A stretch of 39,568 bases of DNA from a virus. This document shows, in pieces, positions 1 through 8,421 of the stretch. The number at the start of each line of letters is the position of its first letter. Within the stretch, counting starts at the first letter, position 1. The translations under genes and the position numbers were made by a program. The stretch lies in IMG/VR virus record IMGVR_UViG_3300045988_155041; one strand, 5' to 3'. A model generated the notes under the pieces. The model did not search any database and had not been told where the DNA came from. It saw nothing but the letters and a program-made list of their open reading frames with translations.

Positions 1-119
1 AAAATGAAAGAAGCAATACTACCAACCTTATTTATAACATTGGCAATTTCAGCAATAGTGTCTGGTGTAATACTTATCGTTATGATAATAAGAGATGAAG
101 TAGAAAGACGAAAAAAAAC
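1..119. repeat. Direct terminal repeat, copy 1 (identical to 39450..39568)
   Basis: Base-by-base comparison of aaaatgaaagaagcaatact...agaaagacgaaaaaaaac at both ends. Confidence 0.95.
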
Positions 120-402
120 TAAACTGGGGCGTAAAATCTTAAAGAATAAAGGAGAAATAAAATGGGCGTTTGATTCTATGGAAAGACGCTTGCGTGCGGT
201 AGATAGAATGCAAAGAGAAATTCTAAAGACTTACAACCCGATATATTGCGAATTAGTTATGGATACTGTTGAAGATTACGAAAAAGCAGTAGATAAATTA
301 GCCTTTCTGCGAAGTAAAGCAGAAGGCCTTGATGGCCAAATGGAAGAACTATATAGCTATTTAATGGAAGGCAACATAAAGAGCGACGAACAAAGAGATT
401 AA
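4..402 (+). CDS. Hypothetical membrane-anchored protein (N-terminal TM helix, helical C-terminal part)
   Basis: ATG start. Hydrophobic N-terminus LPTLFITLAISAIVSGVILIVMII. First gene downstream of the cro-like gene across the circular junction. Confidence 0.5.
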   Translation: MKEAILPTLFITLAISAIVSGVILIVMIIRDEVERRKKTKLGRKILKNKGEIKWAFDSMERRLRAVDRMQREILKTYNPIYCELVMDTVEDYEKAVDKLAFLRSKAEGLDGQMEELYSYLMEGNIKSDEQRD

Positions 403-735
403 GGATATAAAAAACGAAGCCCAAGCCATTTTTCTGGAAAAGGAATTGTACTTCAAAGAATCGTTAAGCTGCTTTTTATAAAGGTCATCAAATTCTTTGC
501 GATATTTAAAGTCTTCCATATATTTTCTGCCTTCTGCCGTGATTTGATATTTGGCGGAATAAGAAGACGAATCGCAGATAATGCAGTTATAAAAAATAAG
601 ATCCTTTATATGCTTTTTAATCGCTTTAGCCTCAGCATCATGCTCTTTCTTAAACCCATTTAGAAAATCGGCTTCGCTTATAGGGTGATCGCTTTCGTCA
701 AGATATTTTAACAATGAATATTTGATTTCGTTCAT
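361..735 (-). CDS. Hypothetical protein with C-terminal TM helix
   Basis: Start refined to the ATG at 735, preceded by ggggaggtaaaagcg (strong RBS). C-terminal WASFFISLISLFVALYVAF. Convergent 42-nt overlap with 4..402. Confidence 0.45.
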   Translation of the reverse strand: MNEIKYSLLKYLDESDHPISEADFLNGFKKEHDAEAKAIKKHIKDLIFYNCIICDSSSYSAKYQITAEGRKYMEDFKYRKEFDDLYKKQLNDSLKYNSFSRKMAWASFFISLISLFVALYVAFH

Positions 736-901
736 CGCTTTTACCTCCCCTACAAGGATAACATGAAAAGAGGAAGTTGAAAAGAAGAAAGAGATTATGA
801 GACCGCCAGAATAGGAATAGGACAAAACCAAAATAAAAACACGCCGGTTATATGACAAGCAATATAAAACATAGGATAGAAGAAAGAAAGGAGATATAAG
901 C

Positions 902-1021
902 ATGGAAATAAAAAATACTGTAAGTGCTGAAAGGGTAGCTGAGCTTTTATCTCTTTTGTTATCCGATCAATATGGCATGGAAATAAAGATAGTGCCGAAG
1001 AAAAGTGAGAATGAGGAATGA
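902..1021 (+). CDS. Small hypothetical protein (39 aa)
   Basis: RBS aaaggagatataagc before the ATG. Its stop overlaps the next start (ATGA coupling at 1018). Below the ORF-track length cutoff. Confidence 0.35.
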   Translation: MEIKNTVSAERVAELLSLLLSDQYGMEIKIVPKKSENEE

Positions 1022-1386
1022 ATACATATTATCAAAACTGCCCGTTTCCTAAACCAATAAATAAAAAAAAGAAAAAGAAGGCTAATGGGTATAAGGACAA
1101 GCATAACCGCTGCTGTTATTACTGCGGAACCTATGGGGCAGAACGTCACGAGGTGTACGGAGGCCCCAACAGACAAATAAGTATAGACAACGGGTTCCAG
1201 GTAGATCTGTGCATGAACTGTCACAGAGAAATTCAGGACAATATAACTGAATGGGCGCAGAAGCAAAATAGAATCTGGAGAAAATTTTTCCAAATTAAAT
1301 ATGAAAGAGAATTGATGAGAGAAGGACTATCACCCGAAAGGGCAAGAGAGGCCTGGATAAGTCTAATAGGAAGGAGTTATCTATGA
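1018..1386 (+). CDS. Cys4 zinc-binding, HNH/beta-beta-alpha-Me-like protein
   Basis: Pattern CCYYCG-x5-ERHEV-x-GGPNR-...-LCMNCH. Lys-rich N-terminal tract. Confidence 0.45.
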   Translation: MNTYYQNCPFPKPINKKKKKKANGYKDKHNRCCYYCGTYGAERHEVYGGPNRQISIDNGFQVDLCMNCHREIQDNITEWAQKQNRIWRKFFQIKYERELMREGLSPERAREAWISLIGRSYL

Positions 1387-1520
1387 GCAGCGAAACGAAA
1401 AAAGAGCATATAAAAAATAATCGAAATAAAATAGGAGACTTCGGAAAAAAGAAAATAAAAGGATATAAGGTGGTTAAGAGAACTGAAAAAGGCTGGGTTA
1501 TTCAACCAATTCCAAAATGA
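1383..1520 (+). CDS. Small basic hypothetical protein (45 aa)
   Basis: ATGA start/stop coupling with the upstream gene. Very Lys-rich. Confidence 0.3.
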   Translation: MSSETKKEHIKNNRNKIGDFGKKKIKGYKVVKRTEKGWVIQPIPK

Positions 1521-1863
1521 ACATCTTTTTAATCTTGGCGTAAATCCTGTTTACCTCAAGCAAAGATTTTTCGGCATTTTTATGGCGTTTAGAAGAAGAG
1601 GGAGAGGTTTTGCGGACATAAGACAAATGCTCGCGATATTCGAGCAATGCGTCTCTAATGAAAAAAGCCTCGTCTTCGCTAAAGGAAAACTCACCGTCAG
1701 AATCCAGCTTGTCATAAATAGAGTTATATACAGCCTCTGCAGAATTCTCGATATTTTCAGAGAAATCAATAAGCTCATCAAGAGCCGGCTGGAGCATATA
1801 AAAATAATCAATAGCATCTAATATAGTTTTCACATTATTAGGAGAAAAAATAAAGTTTGCCAT
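1498..1863 (-). CDS. Hypothetical acidic protein
   Basis: Start refined to the ATG at 1863 behind gaaaggtggtaaatgct. The N-terminal two thirds are strongly Asp/Glu-rich. Oriented opposite to its neighbours. Confidence 0.5.
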   Translation of the reverse strand: MANFIFSPNNVKTILDAIDYFYMLQPALDELIDFSENIENSAEAVYNSIYDKLDSDGEFSFSEDEAFFIRDALLEYREHLSYVRKTSPSSSKRHKNAEKSLLEVNRIYAKIKKMFILELVE

Positions 1864-1931
1864 AGCATTTACCACCTTTCAAATAGCAGTTTAGCAGAAA
1901 GAATTTAAAAAAGCAACAGGAGGAATTACCT

Positions 1932-2171
1932 ATGACATATACAGAGGAACGAAGAAAATATGAGTTTATCAAAAACTTGGAACTAACTTTATTTCTCGAC
2001 AAAGGGAGAAACGACATCGAAGGAATCGACTACATATATGACCGGGAGTTGGAAGATGAAATTATTACAATTACATTTTGCGGCGGTGGCGAAAAAAGAA
2101 TTTTAGCCACCGGTAACAGTAATGGGGCCAACCTAAAAGAGATAGTGAACGCCATATATAAGGGGGCCTGA
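1932..2171 (+). CDS. Hypothetical protein
   Basis: Strong RBS aacaggaggaattacct before the ATG. Confidence 0.5.
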   Translation: MTYTEERRKYEFIKNLELTLFLDKGRNDIEGIDYIYDRELEDEIITITFCGGGEKRILATGNSNGANLKEIVNAIYKGA

Positions 2172-2174
2172 AGA

Positions 2175-2354
2175 ATGTCGCAGAGGGCAGACAGAATAAA
2201 TGAAATTCCTCACATGATAATGGAATTGAAAAAAGAAAGGACTAATGCGGTCAAGAAAGACTGGATAGGCGCCGCCGCCATGATTCAAAAGCAAATTACG
2301 GATTTGGAAAAAGAATTTAAAGAAATATATGATTCATTCGGAGAGAAAAAATGA
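2175..2354 (+). CDS. Small helical hypothetical protein (59 aa)
   Basis: Fills the gap between its neighbours. ATGA coupling with 2351. Confidence 0.4.
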   Translation: MSQRADRINEIPHMIMELKKERTNAVKKDWIGAAAMIQKQITDLEKEFKEIYDSFGEKK

Positions 2355-2971
2355 AGAAAAAGAAGTGGAAAATTAGAGAGAAAAGCCTTTTATGGTATTT
2401 TAAAGAAATCGCGACAAGCCTGTGGATTTTCGTAATCATTGGAATAATGATATTGGTTATAATTGCGTTTTCACACCCGCCGGTAGACGCGGCGGAAGGA
2501 ATGACGGAAATAGCCGCCGAAATCAAAGAGGAGCCGGCGGACAAGCTGTACGACGTACCGCTGGAATCTGATTTGCAGCTACATATAAAAGAGTTATGCG
2601 ATAGCTACGGAGTGGACATGCCCTTAGTTCTGGCCGTTATAGGGCAAGAATCTAACTATAACGCCAATGCGATAGGAGACGACGGAAACAGCTTCGGACT
2701 TATGCAGATACAGCCAAAGCACCACGAGGGGCGAATGGCGCGGCTTAAAGTGACCGACCTGTTAGACCCATATCAGAACGTGACGGTAGGCGTGGACTTA
2801 CTCGCCGAGCTGTTAGAAAAAAGTGGCGATACCGAGTGGACGGTAACGGCATACAACGCCGGAGCCGGGACTGCGGATTTCAACAAGGCGATTGGAAATA
2901 GAACTGAATATGCGGAAAGCGTACTAATACGAATGGAGGAAATAGGAAATGAAAGAAGTGATAACATATGA
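2351..2971 (+). CDS. Membrane-anchored lytic transglycosylase (SLT domain)
   Basis: N-terminal TM helix, then the SLT signature IGQESNYN...GLMQIQ...AYNAGAG with a catalytic Glu-Ser. Confidence 0.85.
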   Translation: MKKKKWKIREKSLLWYFKEIATSLWIFVIIGIMILVIIAFSHPPVDAAEGMTEIAAEIKEEPADKLYDVPLESDLQLHIKELCDSYGVDMPLVLAVIGQESNYNANAIGDDGNSFGLMQIQPKHHEGRMARLKVTDLLDPYQNVTVGVDLLAELLEKSGDTEWTVTAYNAGAGTADFNKAIGNRTEYAESVLIRMEEIGNERSDNI

Positions 2972-3302
2972 GGGTGTATGCAAATATTGCGGACAAACAA
3001 CGCCGGTTTTAGCGGGCACGCAAGAAGAAGCCGACACATTAGTAACTGAAGAATGCGATTGTGCAGGAGCGGACGCCCAAAAACGCAGAGAGTCGGTAGA
3101 AAAAAACGCGGCTCTGATTGTAGAGGGAAAAGACGGGGATATTATAGAAATTTTAAGGACCGCCGGAATAATGATTTTAAATGAAAAAATCAGCCAGCTA
3201 TCGCTAAATACCGGTGAAATAAAATACAAGGTAAGCGTAAACAGCAAAGGACAGATAAAATTTATAAAAACGAAGACTAAACAAGAGGAGCTACAAGGAT
3301 AA
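2949..3302 (+). CDS. Hypothetical Cys-containing protein
   Basis: CKYCG...ECDCAG motif. Compact spacing within the operon. Confidence 0.45.
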   Translation: MKEVITYEGVCKYCGQTTPVLAGTQEEADTLVTEECDCAGADAQKRRESVEKNAALIVEGKDGDIIEILRTAGIMILNEKISQLSLNTGEIKYKVSVNSKGQIKFIKTKTKQEELQG

Positions 3303-3433
3303 TGCTACACGAACACATATGTGTAATCTGTGGCGGCACATTTTACTCAGACCGCCATACAGCCTTCACCTGTTCAGAACAATGTAGGCGGGAACGGCAG
3401 ATAATGACTAACGCTATAAAACGGGAAGGCTGA
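3302..3433 (+). CDS. Small zinc-ribbon protein (43 aa)
   Basis: CVICG...CSEQC. Abuts the upstream stop. Confidence 0.35.
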   Translation: MLHEHICVICGGTFYSDRHTAFTCSEQCRRERQIMTNAIKREG

Positions 3434-3448
3434 AAGGATGAAGTGATT

Positions 3449-3697
3449 ATGAAAAAGTATATGGTTTATTTGGATGATGGCAGGGATTGTTATAAAGTGG
3501 CTGTTCCCGCTGCAAACGAAAAGGCAGCAAGAAAGTATGTTGAAGGTAACGGTGAAGTGATTGCTGTAAAGGATATTACAGATGATTACCCAATCAGCCT
3601 TGATAAAGTGGTACAGGCTTTGAGAAACGCACAGTTCGGACAAACCGAAATTGATCTTATCACAAGATGCTTATCCTTCAACGATATAGCGGAATAA
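3449..3697 (+). CDS. Conserved hypothetical protein
   Basis: ATG at 3449 preferred over the GTG at 3443. Sequence MKKYMVYLDDGRDCYKVAVPAANEKAARKYVEGNGEVIAVKDIT is of the kind I recall next to SprT-like genes in mobile elements. Confidence 0.5.
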   Translation: MKKYMVYLDDGRDCYKVAVPAANEKAARKYVEGNGEVIAVKDITDDYPISLDKVVQALRNAQFGQTEIDLITRCLSFNDIAE

Positions 3698-3714
3698 GAA
3701 AGGCGGTACAGGAA

Positions 3715-4329
3715 ATGAAAGAAAACAGTTTGAAACCCGTAATTGAAAAACTTGAAGATTTATTTTCAAAGTTCAATGAAAAGTTCTATAACAATGAACT
3801 TGATAAACCGATTATCACAGTAAGCCCGGACACAACAAAGGGTGCTTATGGTTGGTGTACCGCTTGGAAGGCTTGGAGTACACAGGAAAAGGTAACTGAC
3901 TTTTCCAAAATGAAGCCGGAAGATATTGAAGCAATGAAGAAGGAAGGCTTCTATGAAATCAATATTTGTGCTGAATACCTTTCCCGCCCGTTTGATAAGG
4001 TTGCTGAAACACTTCTTCACGAAATGGTTCACCTTTACAATTTACAGGTTGGGGTTCAGGACACAAGCCGGGGCGGTACTTATCACAATAAGAAATACAA
4101 GGAAGCTGCTGAAAAGCACGGTTTGACCGTTGAAAAGGATGCAAAATACGGTTGGACGAAAACAAGCCTGAATGATGAAGCACAAGCCTTTGTTGATAGC
4201 TTACAGGATAAGAAATTCCAGCTTTTCAGAAAGAGCCTTCCGAAATTGCCGGGTGCGGCTAAAACCAAACAATCAACCCGCAAATATGTTTGCCCGGTGT
4301 GCGGCTGCATTATCAGGGCAACAAAGTAA
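3715..4329 (+). CDS. SprT-like zincin metalloprotease domain protein, truncated in its C-terminal zinc ribbon by an in-frame TAA
   Basis: HExxH in LLHEMVHLYN. C-terminal CPVCG is followed by TAA at 4327..4329. Start moved to the ATG at 3715 to avoid overlapping the upstream gene. Confidence 0.7.
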   Translation: MKENSLKPVIEKLEDLFSKFNEKFYNNELDKPIITVSPDTTKGAYGWCTAWKAWSTQEKVTDFSKMKPEDIEAMKKEGFYEINICAEYLSRPFDKVAETLLHEMVHLYNLQVGVQDTSRGGTYHNKKYKEAAEKHGLTVEKDAKYGWTKTSLNDEAQAFVDSLQDKKFQLFRKSLPKLPGAAKTKQSTRKYVCPVCGCIIRATK

Positions 4330-4380
4330 GTTCATGTTATATGCGGTGATTGCAATGTAGAGTTTGAGGAAGAAGCCTAA
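4330..4380 (+). pseudogene. Detached in-frame continuation of the SprT-like zinc ribbon (VHVICGDCNVEFEEEA)
   Basis: Same frame as 3715..4329, directly after the TAA. It supplies the second CxxC pair. A 9-bp stem hairpin lies at 4368..4392. Confidence 0.5.
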
Positions 4381-4553
4381 ACAGCTTCTTCCCCCACCAA
4401 AAGAAAGGATGAAAGAAATGAATAAGATCAGAAGAAAGAACATTCAACAGCTTATCACCAAAATTCAGGAATTGCAGGGCGAAATTTATTAAATGGCTAT
4501 ACGCCGAACCGGCGCCTACACTGACAAAACGGGAACGCACATTTTGTGAAATA

Positions 4554-5066
4554 ATGGGAGAAGGATATATCGCAAGAGATGAGGACGGAACCCTTTTTTA
4601 TTCTCAAAACAGAAGAACCATGGGCAGTAGAAGACCTTTTAAAGCTGGAGGTAGAAGAATGCGACTAATAGACGCAGATAAGTTGGTAGAGGGCAGAGAT
4701 GAGAAAGACCCTGTAAGAATAGCGGCAATGAATGAACCAACATTTGTATTTTCAATGATTGAAGAAGTGTATGATAGGTCTTATCTAATGGAATGGTCGA
4801 AGGAAAGATTGGTCGACTATGCAATAACGCTTGCATATAACAACAAGAGCTTTCGTGAACAAATAAATCAGCAATATATAAACTTTCGGAAACTACTGAA
4901 GGAAGCAGAGGCAAAAGAATGGATACCATGCAGCGATAAACTACCACCGGATAATAAAATAAATCCTGTAACGCGTGATTTCTGCAAATATTTAGTAACG
5001 GTAAAAATAGGTGATATTTATGACGTTCGGTGTTACGCCTTCGGCCGCGGCCAGCCGAGGAAATAA
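4554..5066 (+). CDS. Hypothetical protein
   Basis: Long ORF in the operon orientation. No motif recognised. Confidence 0.45.
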   Translation: MGEGYIARDEDGTLFYSQNRRTMGSRRPFKAGGRRMRLIDADKLVEGRDEKDPVRIAAMNEPTFVFSMIEEVYDRSYLMEWSKERLVDYAITLAYNNKSFREQINQQYINFRKLLKEAEAKEWIPCSDKLPPDNKINPVTRDFCKYLVTVKIGDIYDVRCYAFGRGQPRK

Positions 5067-5341
5067 ATAAAAAAGAAATCAGCTCAGATGAAGCGTCACT
5101 TAAGGCTGTTTATAACAATTTAGAAATAGCAATGTGCATTTTAAATGCCATGATTGGGGAAAACGCAAGGGGACAAGCTGAAATAAACGATATGGACGAA
5201 CGACACACGATAAGAGTAGACGAACGGACAGAATACAACGCAATATACTGCTCAGTATGTGGAGGAAGATGCAATGACAACTTTTTAAACTTTTGTCCGG
5301 GTTGTTTCACAGATATGAGAGAGGAAGAAAATGGCGATTAA
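5030..5341 (+). CDS. Hypothetical zinc-ribbon protein
   Basis: CSVCGG...FCPGC. True start uncertain because several in-frame Met codons exist. Confidence 0.4.
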   Translation: MLRLRPRPAEEINKKEISSDEASLKAVYNNLEIAMCILNAMIGENARGQAEINDMDERHTIRVDERTEYNAIYCSVCGGRCNDNFLNFCPGCFTDMREEENGD

Positions 5342-5741
5342 AAATTATACAACGACTAAACACCCACTTGAGAGTATAGGTGAAATACAAGCAGCTCTGG
5401 CTAAAGGTGGAGCCAAGAAAGTGATGATTGATTATGACGAAAAAGGAGAACCAAAAGGCCTTGCTTTCGCAATAGAAACCGATAGAGGTTTTATGGGGTT
5501 CCAACTTCCCGCAAATGTAGACGGGGTCTGCGAGGTTTTTAAAAGACAAAAAATTAAAGCTGACATGGAACAGGCAAAAAAGACCGCATGGAGGAATGTG
5601 CGTGATTGGGTTCTTGCCCAAATGGCATTTATTGAAGCGGGAAACGCGACATTGCAAGAAGCGTTTTTACCATATTTGACTAACAAGGAAGGGCAGACGC
5701 TCTATCAAGTCTATATTAGCGGGCAGTTATTACTTGAATAA
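5331..5741 (+). CDS. Conserved phage hypothetical protein
   Basis: ATG behind gagaggaagaaa. The block SIGEIQAAL...AWRNVRDWVLAQMAFIEAG...FLPYL resembles an uncharacterised prophage family, recalled from memory. Confidence 0.55.
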   Translation: MAIKNYTTTKHPLESIGEIQAALAKGGAKKVMIDYDEKGEPKGLAFAIETDRGFMGFQLPANVDGVCEVFKRQKIKADMEQAKKTAWRNVRDWVLAQMAFIEAGNATLQEAFLPYLTNKEGQTLYQVYISGQLLLE

Positions 5742-5755
5742 TAAGGAGGCAAAAA

Positions 5756-6226
5756 ATGAGTAAAGCGGAATACATAAATAAAGAAAGCCTGTTAAACGGA
5801 ATATATAACCGGCAAGATGATAAAGATTTCGATTTGATGTTATATATCGCTCAATTTCCGGTACGTAAGCACGACAGCTTTCTGGACCTTGTAGGTAGGC
5901 TAAGAGAGTTATTAGAAGACGAATTAGAAAGAGCCAATAAACATTTCTCGACATTCCATTCATACCATGAGGGTTTAAGCGTAATAGAAGAAGAAATATG
6001 GGAAGCTAACACAGAAACAAGTAATTTATCGGACTTACATCTAAAACTAAAAAAGAAGGTATTTATGGACGAAGACAATAAAAAGGGGATTTGCATACCT
6101 ATGAGAGATACGGCTTTAAAGGCCGCCGCGGAACTCCTACAAGTAGCGGCTATGTGTCAGAAGATGATAGACAGCGAATCAAAATGGAAAGAAAAAGATT
6201 ATCAAGTCGGAAAGGATAAAAAATGA
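5756..6226 (+). CDS. Hypothetical protein
   Basis: Strong RBS aaggaggcaaaaa before the ATG. Confidence 0.55.
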   Translation: MSKAEYINKESLLNGIYNRQDDKDFDLMLYIAQFPVRKHDSFLDLVGRLRELLEDELERANKHFSTFHSYHEGLSVIEEEIWEANTETSNLSDLHLKLKKKVFMDEDNKKGICIPMRDTALKAAAELLQVAAMCQKMIDSESKWKEKDYQVGKDKK

Positions 6227-6642
6227 GTGAAGAAGTTATTAAAATATTGGACAACCTTGGAGAAAAATTCGGAGTCGCCATTGATTGGACATCTGAAAAC
6301 ATAGCCCCATATTTAACAAAATTACATGAACGGGCAGAAAAATATTTAATTGTCACCTCCGTTATATGGTTCATAATGACCCTCGCCTTATTCGCGGCGA
6401 GCCTGTTCGCGATAATAAAAATTACTAAATGCGTGAATCGCGACTCAAAGATTGGGACAAGGACTATATGGTTTGACAGCTATGGACGTTGCGGCTCAGG
6501 AGTTTCTTTTGTATGCAGAGCCTCGGCGGGATTTGTTCTAATTATAACGGCCATACTTATTCCGATTACAATAGACGAGCTGCTAAAATCAATGTATACA
6601 CCCGAAATAATGATGATACAAATGATACAAGACGCGGCGTAA
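6223..6642 (+). CDS. Hypothetical membrane protein
   Basis: ATGA coupling with the upstream gene. Two hydrophobic helices. Confidence 0.5.
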   Translation: MSEEVIKILDNLGEKFGVAIDWTSENIAPYLTKLHERAEKYLIVTSVIWFIMTLALFAASLFAIIKITKCVNRDSKIGTRTIWFDSYGRCGSGVSFVCRASAGFVLIITAILIPITIDELLKSMYTPEIMMIQMIQDAA

Positions 6643-6655
6643 AGGAGATAATAAA

Positions 6656-6871
6656 ATGCCATACAATTACGGCGGTCAGGACGTAAAATGCCCCTTTTAT
6701 ATGTATGAAAGGGAAAGAGCGATACATTGCGAAGGTCTCATAAAAAACGCGAGAAACACTATAAATACTTTTAACGGCAAAAAAGACTTAAACATACATA
6801 AAAGCAAATTTTGCAATTCTAAATATCAAAAATGTGCGCTTTATCAAGCGCTTTTAGGGAAATATGAGTAA
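6656..6871 (+). CDS. Small Cys-rich hypothetical protein
   Basis: RBS aggagataataaa before the ATG. Cys at KCPF, HCEG, FCNS and KCAL. Confidence 0.5.
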   Translation: MPYNYGGQDVKCPFYMYERERAIHCEGLIKNARNTINTFNGKKDLNIHKSKFCNSKYQKCALYQALLGKYE

Positions 6872-6895
6872 GCCGGAGGACAAGTTTCCTCCGGC
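6872..6895. other. 8-bp perfect hairpin (gccggagg / cctccggc, loop acaagttt) upstream of the Rep gene
   Basis: Read directly from the sequence. No U-tract follows, so it is not a canonical terminator. It is a candidate nick-site hairpin (double-strand origin). Confidence 0.35.
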
Positions 6896-6992
6896 AAAGC
6901 TATAAAATTTATTCTTACATTATATATAAAATAAATCGGCGCCCGGTATGGGCATTAACACTTGCTAAGATTATTATTGTTAGGACAAGAAA

Positions 6993-7820
6993 ATGTACAT
7001 AAGAGAAAGAATTGTTGCAGGGTTAACAGTCATAACAAGAGAGAGAGTAAAAAGAAAAGTGGAAAAAGGAGTTAAAAGAGCTCCAAAGCAAAATATCACA
7101 TCAGAAAAGGTTTGGCTTAATAATCTCAGATACGCTATATTTAATTTAACCGTAATACTGAACGCGAACTTTAAAGGCGGAGACCAACTTTTGTTATTAA
7201 CCTATACCGCAGAACCGTCCAAAGATGACTATAAAAGACTTTTAGAAAAATTTTTAAGAGATATACGCAGAGAGTGCAGAAAAAACAAAATAGATTTTAA
7301 AAGGGTGGCTGTTACAGAAAGGATTGGCACAAGAATACATCATCACATTGTATGTAACAATATTCCGATTGACATGGTAAAGAAATGCTGGCCGCACGGT
7401 AGAGTATTCCATAAACCTCTTTGGGACTATCCCAATTACGCCGACCTTGCGAATTATTTATTAAAGCAGGCGGCTAAACTGCATATGGAGGAAGGAAATA
7501 TATCTAAAAAAAGATATACAACGAGCAGAAATATAATAGTACCGGAGAGCAAGGAAGAAATAATACAAAGGGGCGATATTGAAGCAGAGCCGAAGCCGAG
7601 TAAGGATTATCAGATAGACCAAGACAGCGTGCAAATTTACGAAAACGAAATAACGGGAAGCATTTGCCGCGAGTACATAATGGTTTCAACGACAGAGACT
7701 CCGAGGATAAAAAAATGGCGGACAGGAGTTACCGCTAAGGGGGAGCGAATAAATTTCAGCAAAGCGTTAAGAGAAGCATATACAGAAATTCAAGAATCTA
7801 TAGAAAATTTAATTCTATAG
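6993..7820 (+). CDS. HUH-superfamily rolling-circle replication initiator (Rep)-like protein
   Basis: All three RCR motifs appear in order: LLLLTYT (motif 1, aa 66-72), RIHHHIV (HUH, nt 7338..7346) and ANYLLKQ (catalytic Tyr155, nt 7455..7457). Confidence 0.65.
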   Translation: MYIRERIVAGLTVITRERVKRKVEKGVKRAPKQNITSEKVWLNNLRYAIFNLTVILNANFKGGDQLLLLTYTAEPSKDDYKRLLEKFLRDIRRECRKNKIDFKRVAVTERIGTRIHHHIVCNNIPIDMVKKCWPHGRVFHKPLWDYPNYADLANYLLKQAAKLHMEEGNISKKRYTTSRNIIVPESKEEIIQRGDIEAEPKPSKDYQIDQDSVQIYENEITGSICREYIMVSTTETPRIKKWRTGVTAKGERINFSKALREAYTEIQESIENLIL

Positions 7821-7833
7821 AGCTTTATAATAC

Positions 7834-7858
7834 AAAAAAGTCGAAGCAGAGGGTTAGA
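7834..7858 (+). promoter_or_regulatory. Conserved 25-nt motif, copy A (aaaaaagtcgaagcagaGGGTTAGA)
   Basis: One of four same-strand copies. It lies 45 nt upstream of the terS ATG and overlaps a weak hairpin plus T7 run. Confidence 0.5.
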
Positions 7859-7877
7859 AAGAGACCCTTCTTTTTTT
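7850..7877 (+). terminator. Weak intrinsic terminator after the Rep gene
   Basis: agggt / accct stem with a 9-nt loop, followed by tcttttttt. Confidence 0.45.
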
Positions 7878-7902
7878 GTACTCTTTAAGCAGGAGGTTTG
7901 AG

Positions 7903-8421
7903 ATGAGCAGGATAAATTGGCGTAAAGTTGAGCTTGATTATATAAAAGGCACGGTCTCATACAGAGATATCGCGAAAAAATATAAAATATCAACTCGTCA
8001 GGTTAGCGACCGAGGAAAAAAGGAAAATTGGGTAGAAAAGCGAAAACAATTTCGCGACGAAACCTACTCGGAGGCTCTCGCGCGTGCGCGCGTGACAGAA
8101 GTAGACAATTTAAAGCGCATAAACGGGCTGACGGAAAAGATGATTAGTCAGCTTGAGGAAGCCTTGGCCGACGCCTCGCAGTTTAAGAAATATATTGTTT
8201 CTAAGACGATATACAAAGACGGCGTGCCCGTAGAAGATGAAATGACAGAGAGGGAATTTACTAAATTTGACGCTAAGTCGGTTAAAAATCTCACTTCCGC
8301 GTTAAAGGATTTGGCCTCTATAACTAAAAGCATTACTGAAGACAAAGACGGAGACAATGAAATTTTAGTGAAATTCATATCCGACGATAAGGAGGACGGC
8401 ATGGAAGAATGGAACTTGTAA
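7903..8421 (+). CDS. terS: Terminase small subunit
   Basis: ATG behind aggaggtttgag. N-terminal HTH-like segment VSYRDIAKKYKISTRQVSDRGKKENW. Overlaps the terL start. Confidence 0.7.
   Translation: MSRINWRKVELDYIKGTVSYRDIAKKYKISTRQVSDRGKKENWVEKRKQFRDETYSEALARARVTEVDNLKRINGLTEKMISQLEEALADASQFKKYIVSKTIYKDGVPVEDEMTEREFTKFDAKSVKNLTSALKDLASITKSITEDKDGDNEILVKFISDDKEDGMEEWNL

Noticed and set aside
3667-3714. Upstream start codons proposed by the ORF track. Examples are 3667 for the SprT-like gene, 35980 for PIN, 39172 for cro, 7876 for terS, 20998 for the PG-binding gene, and 903 and 1875 for the minus-strand genes.
   Set aside because: These are the first in-frame ATG, GTG or TTG codons. They lack an RBS and overlap the upstream genes. 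Internal ATG codons with clear Shine-Dalgarno sequences were preferred.
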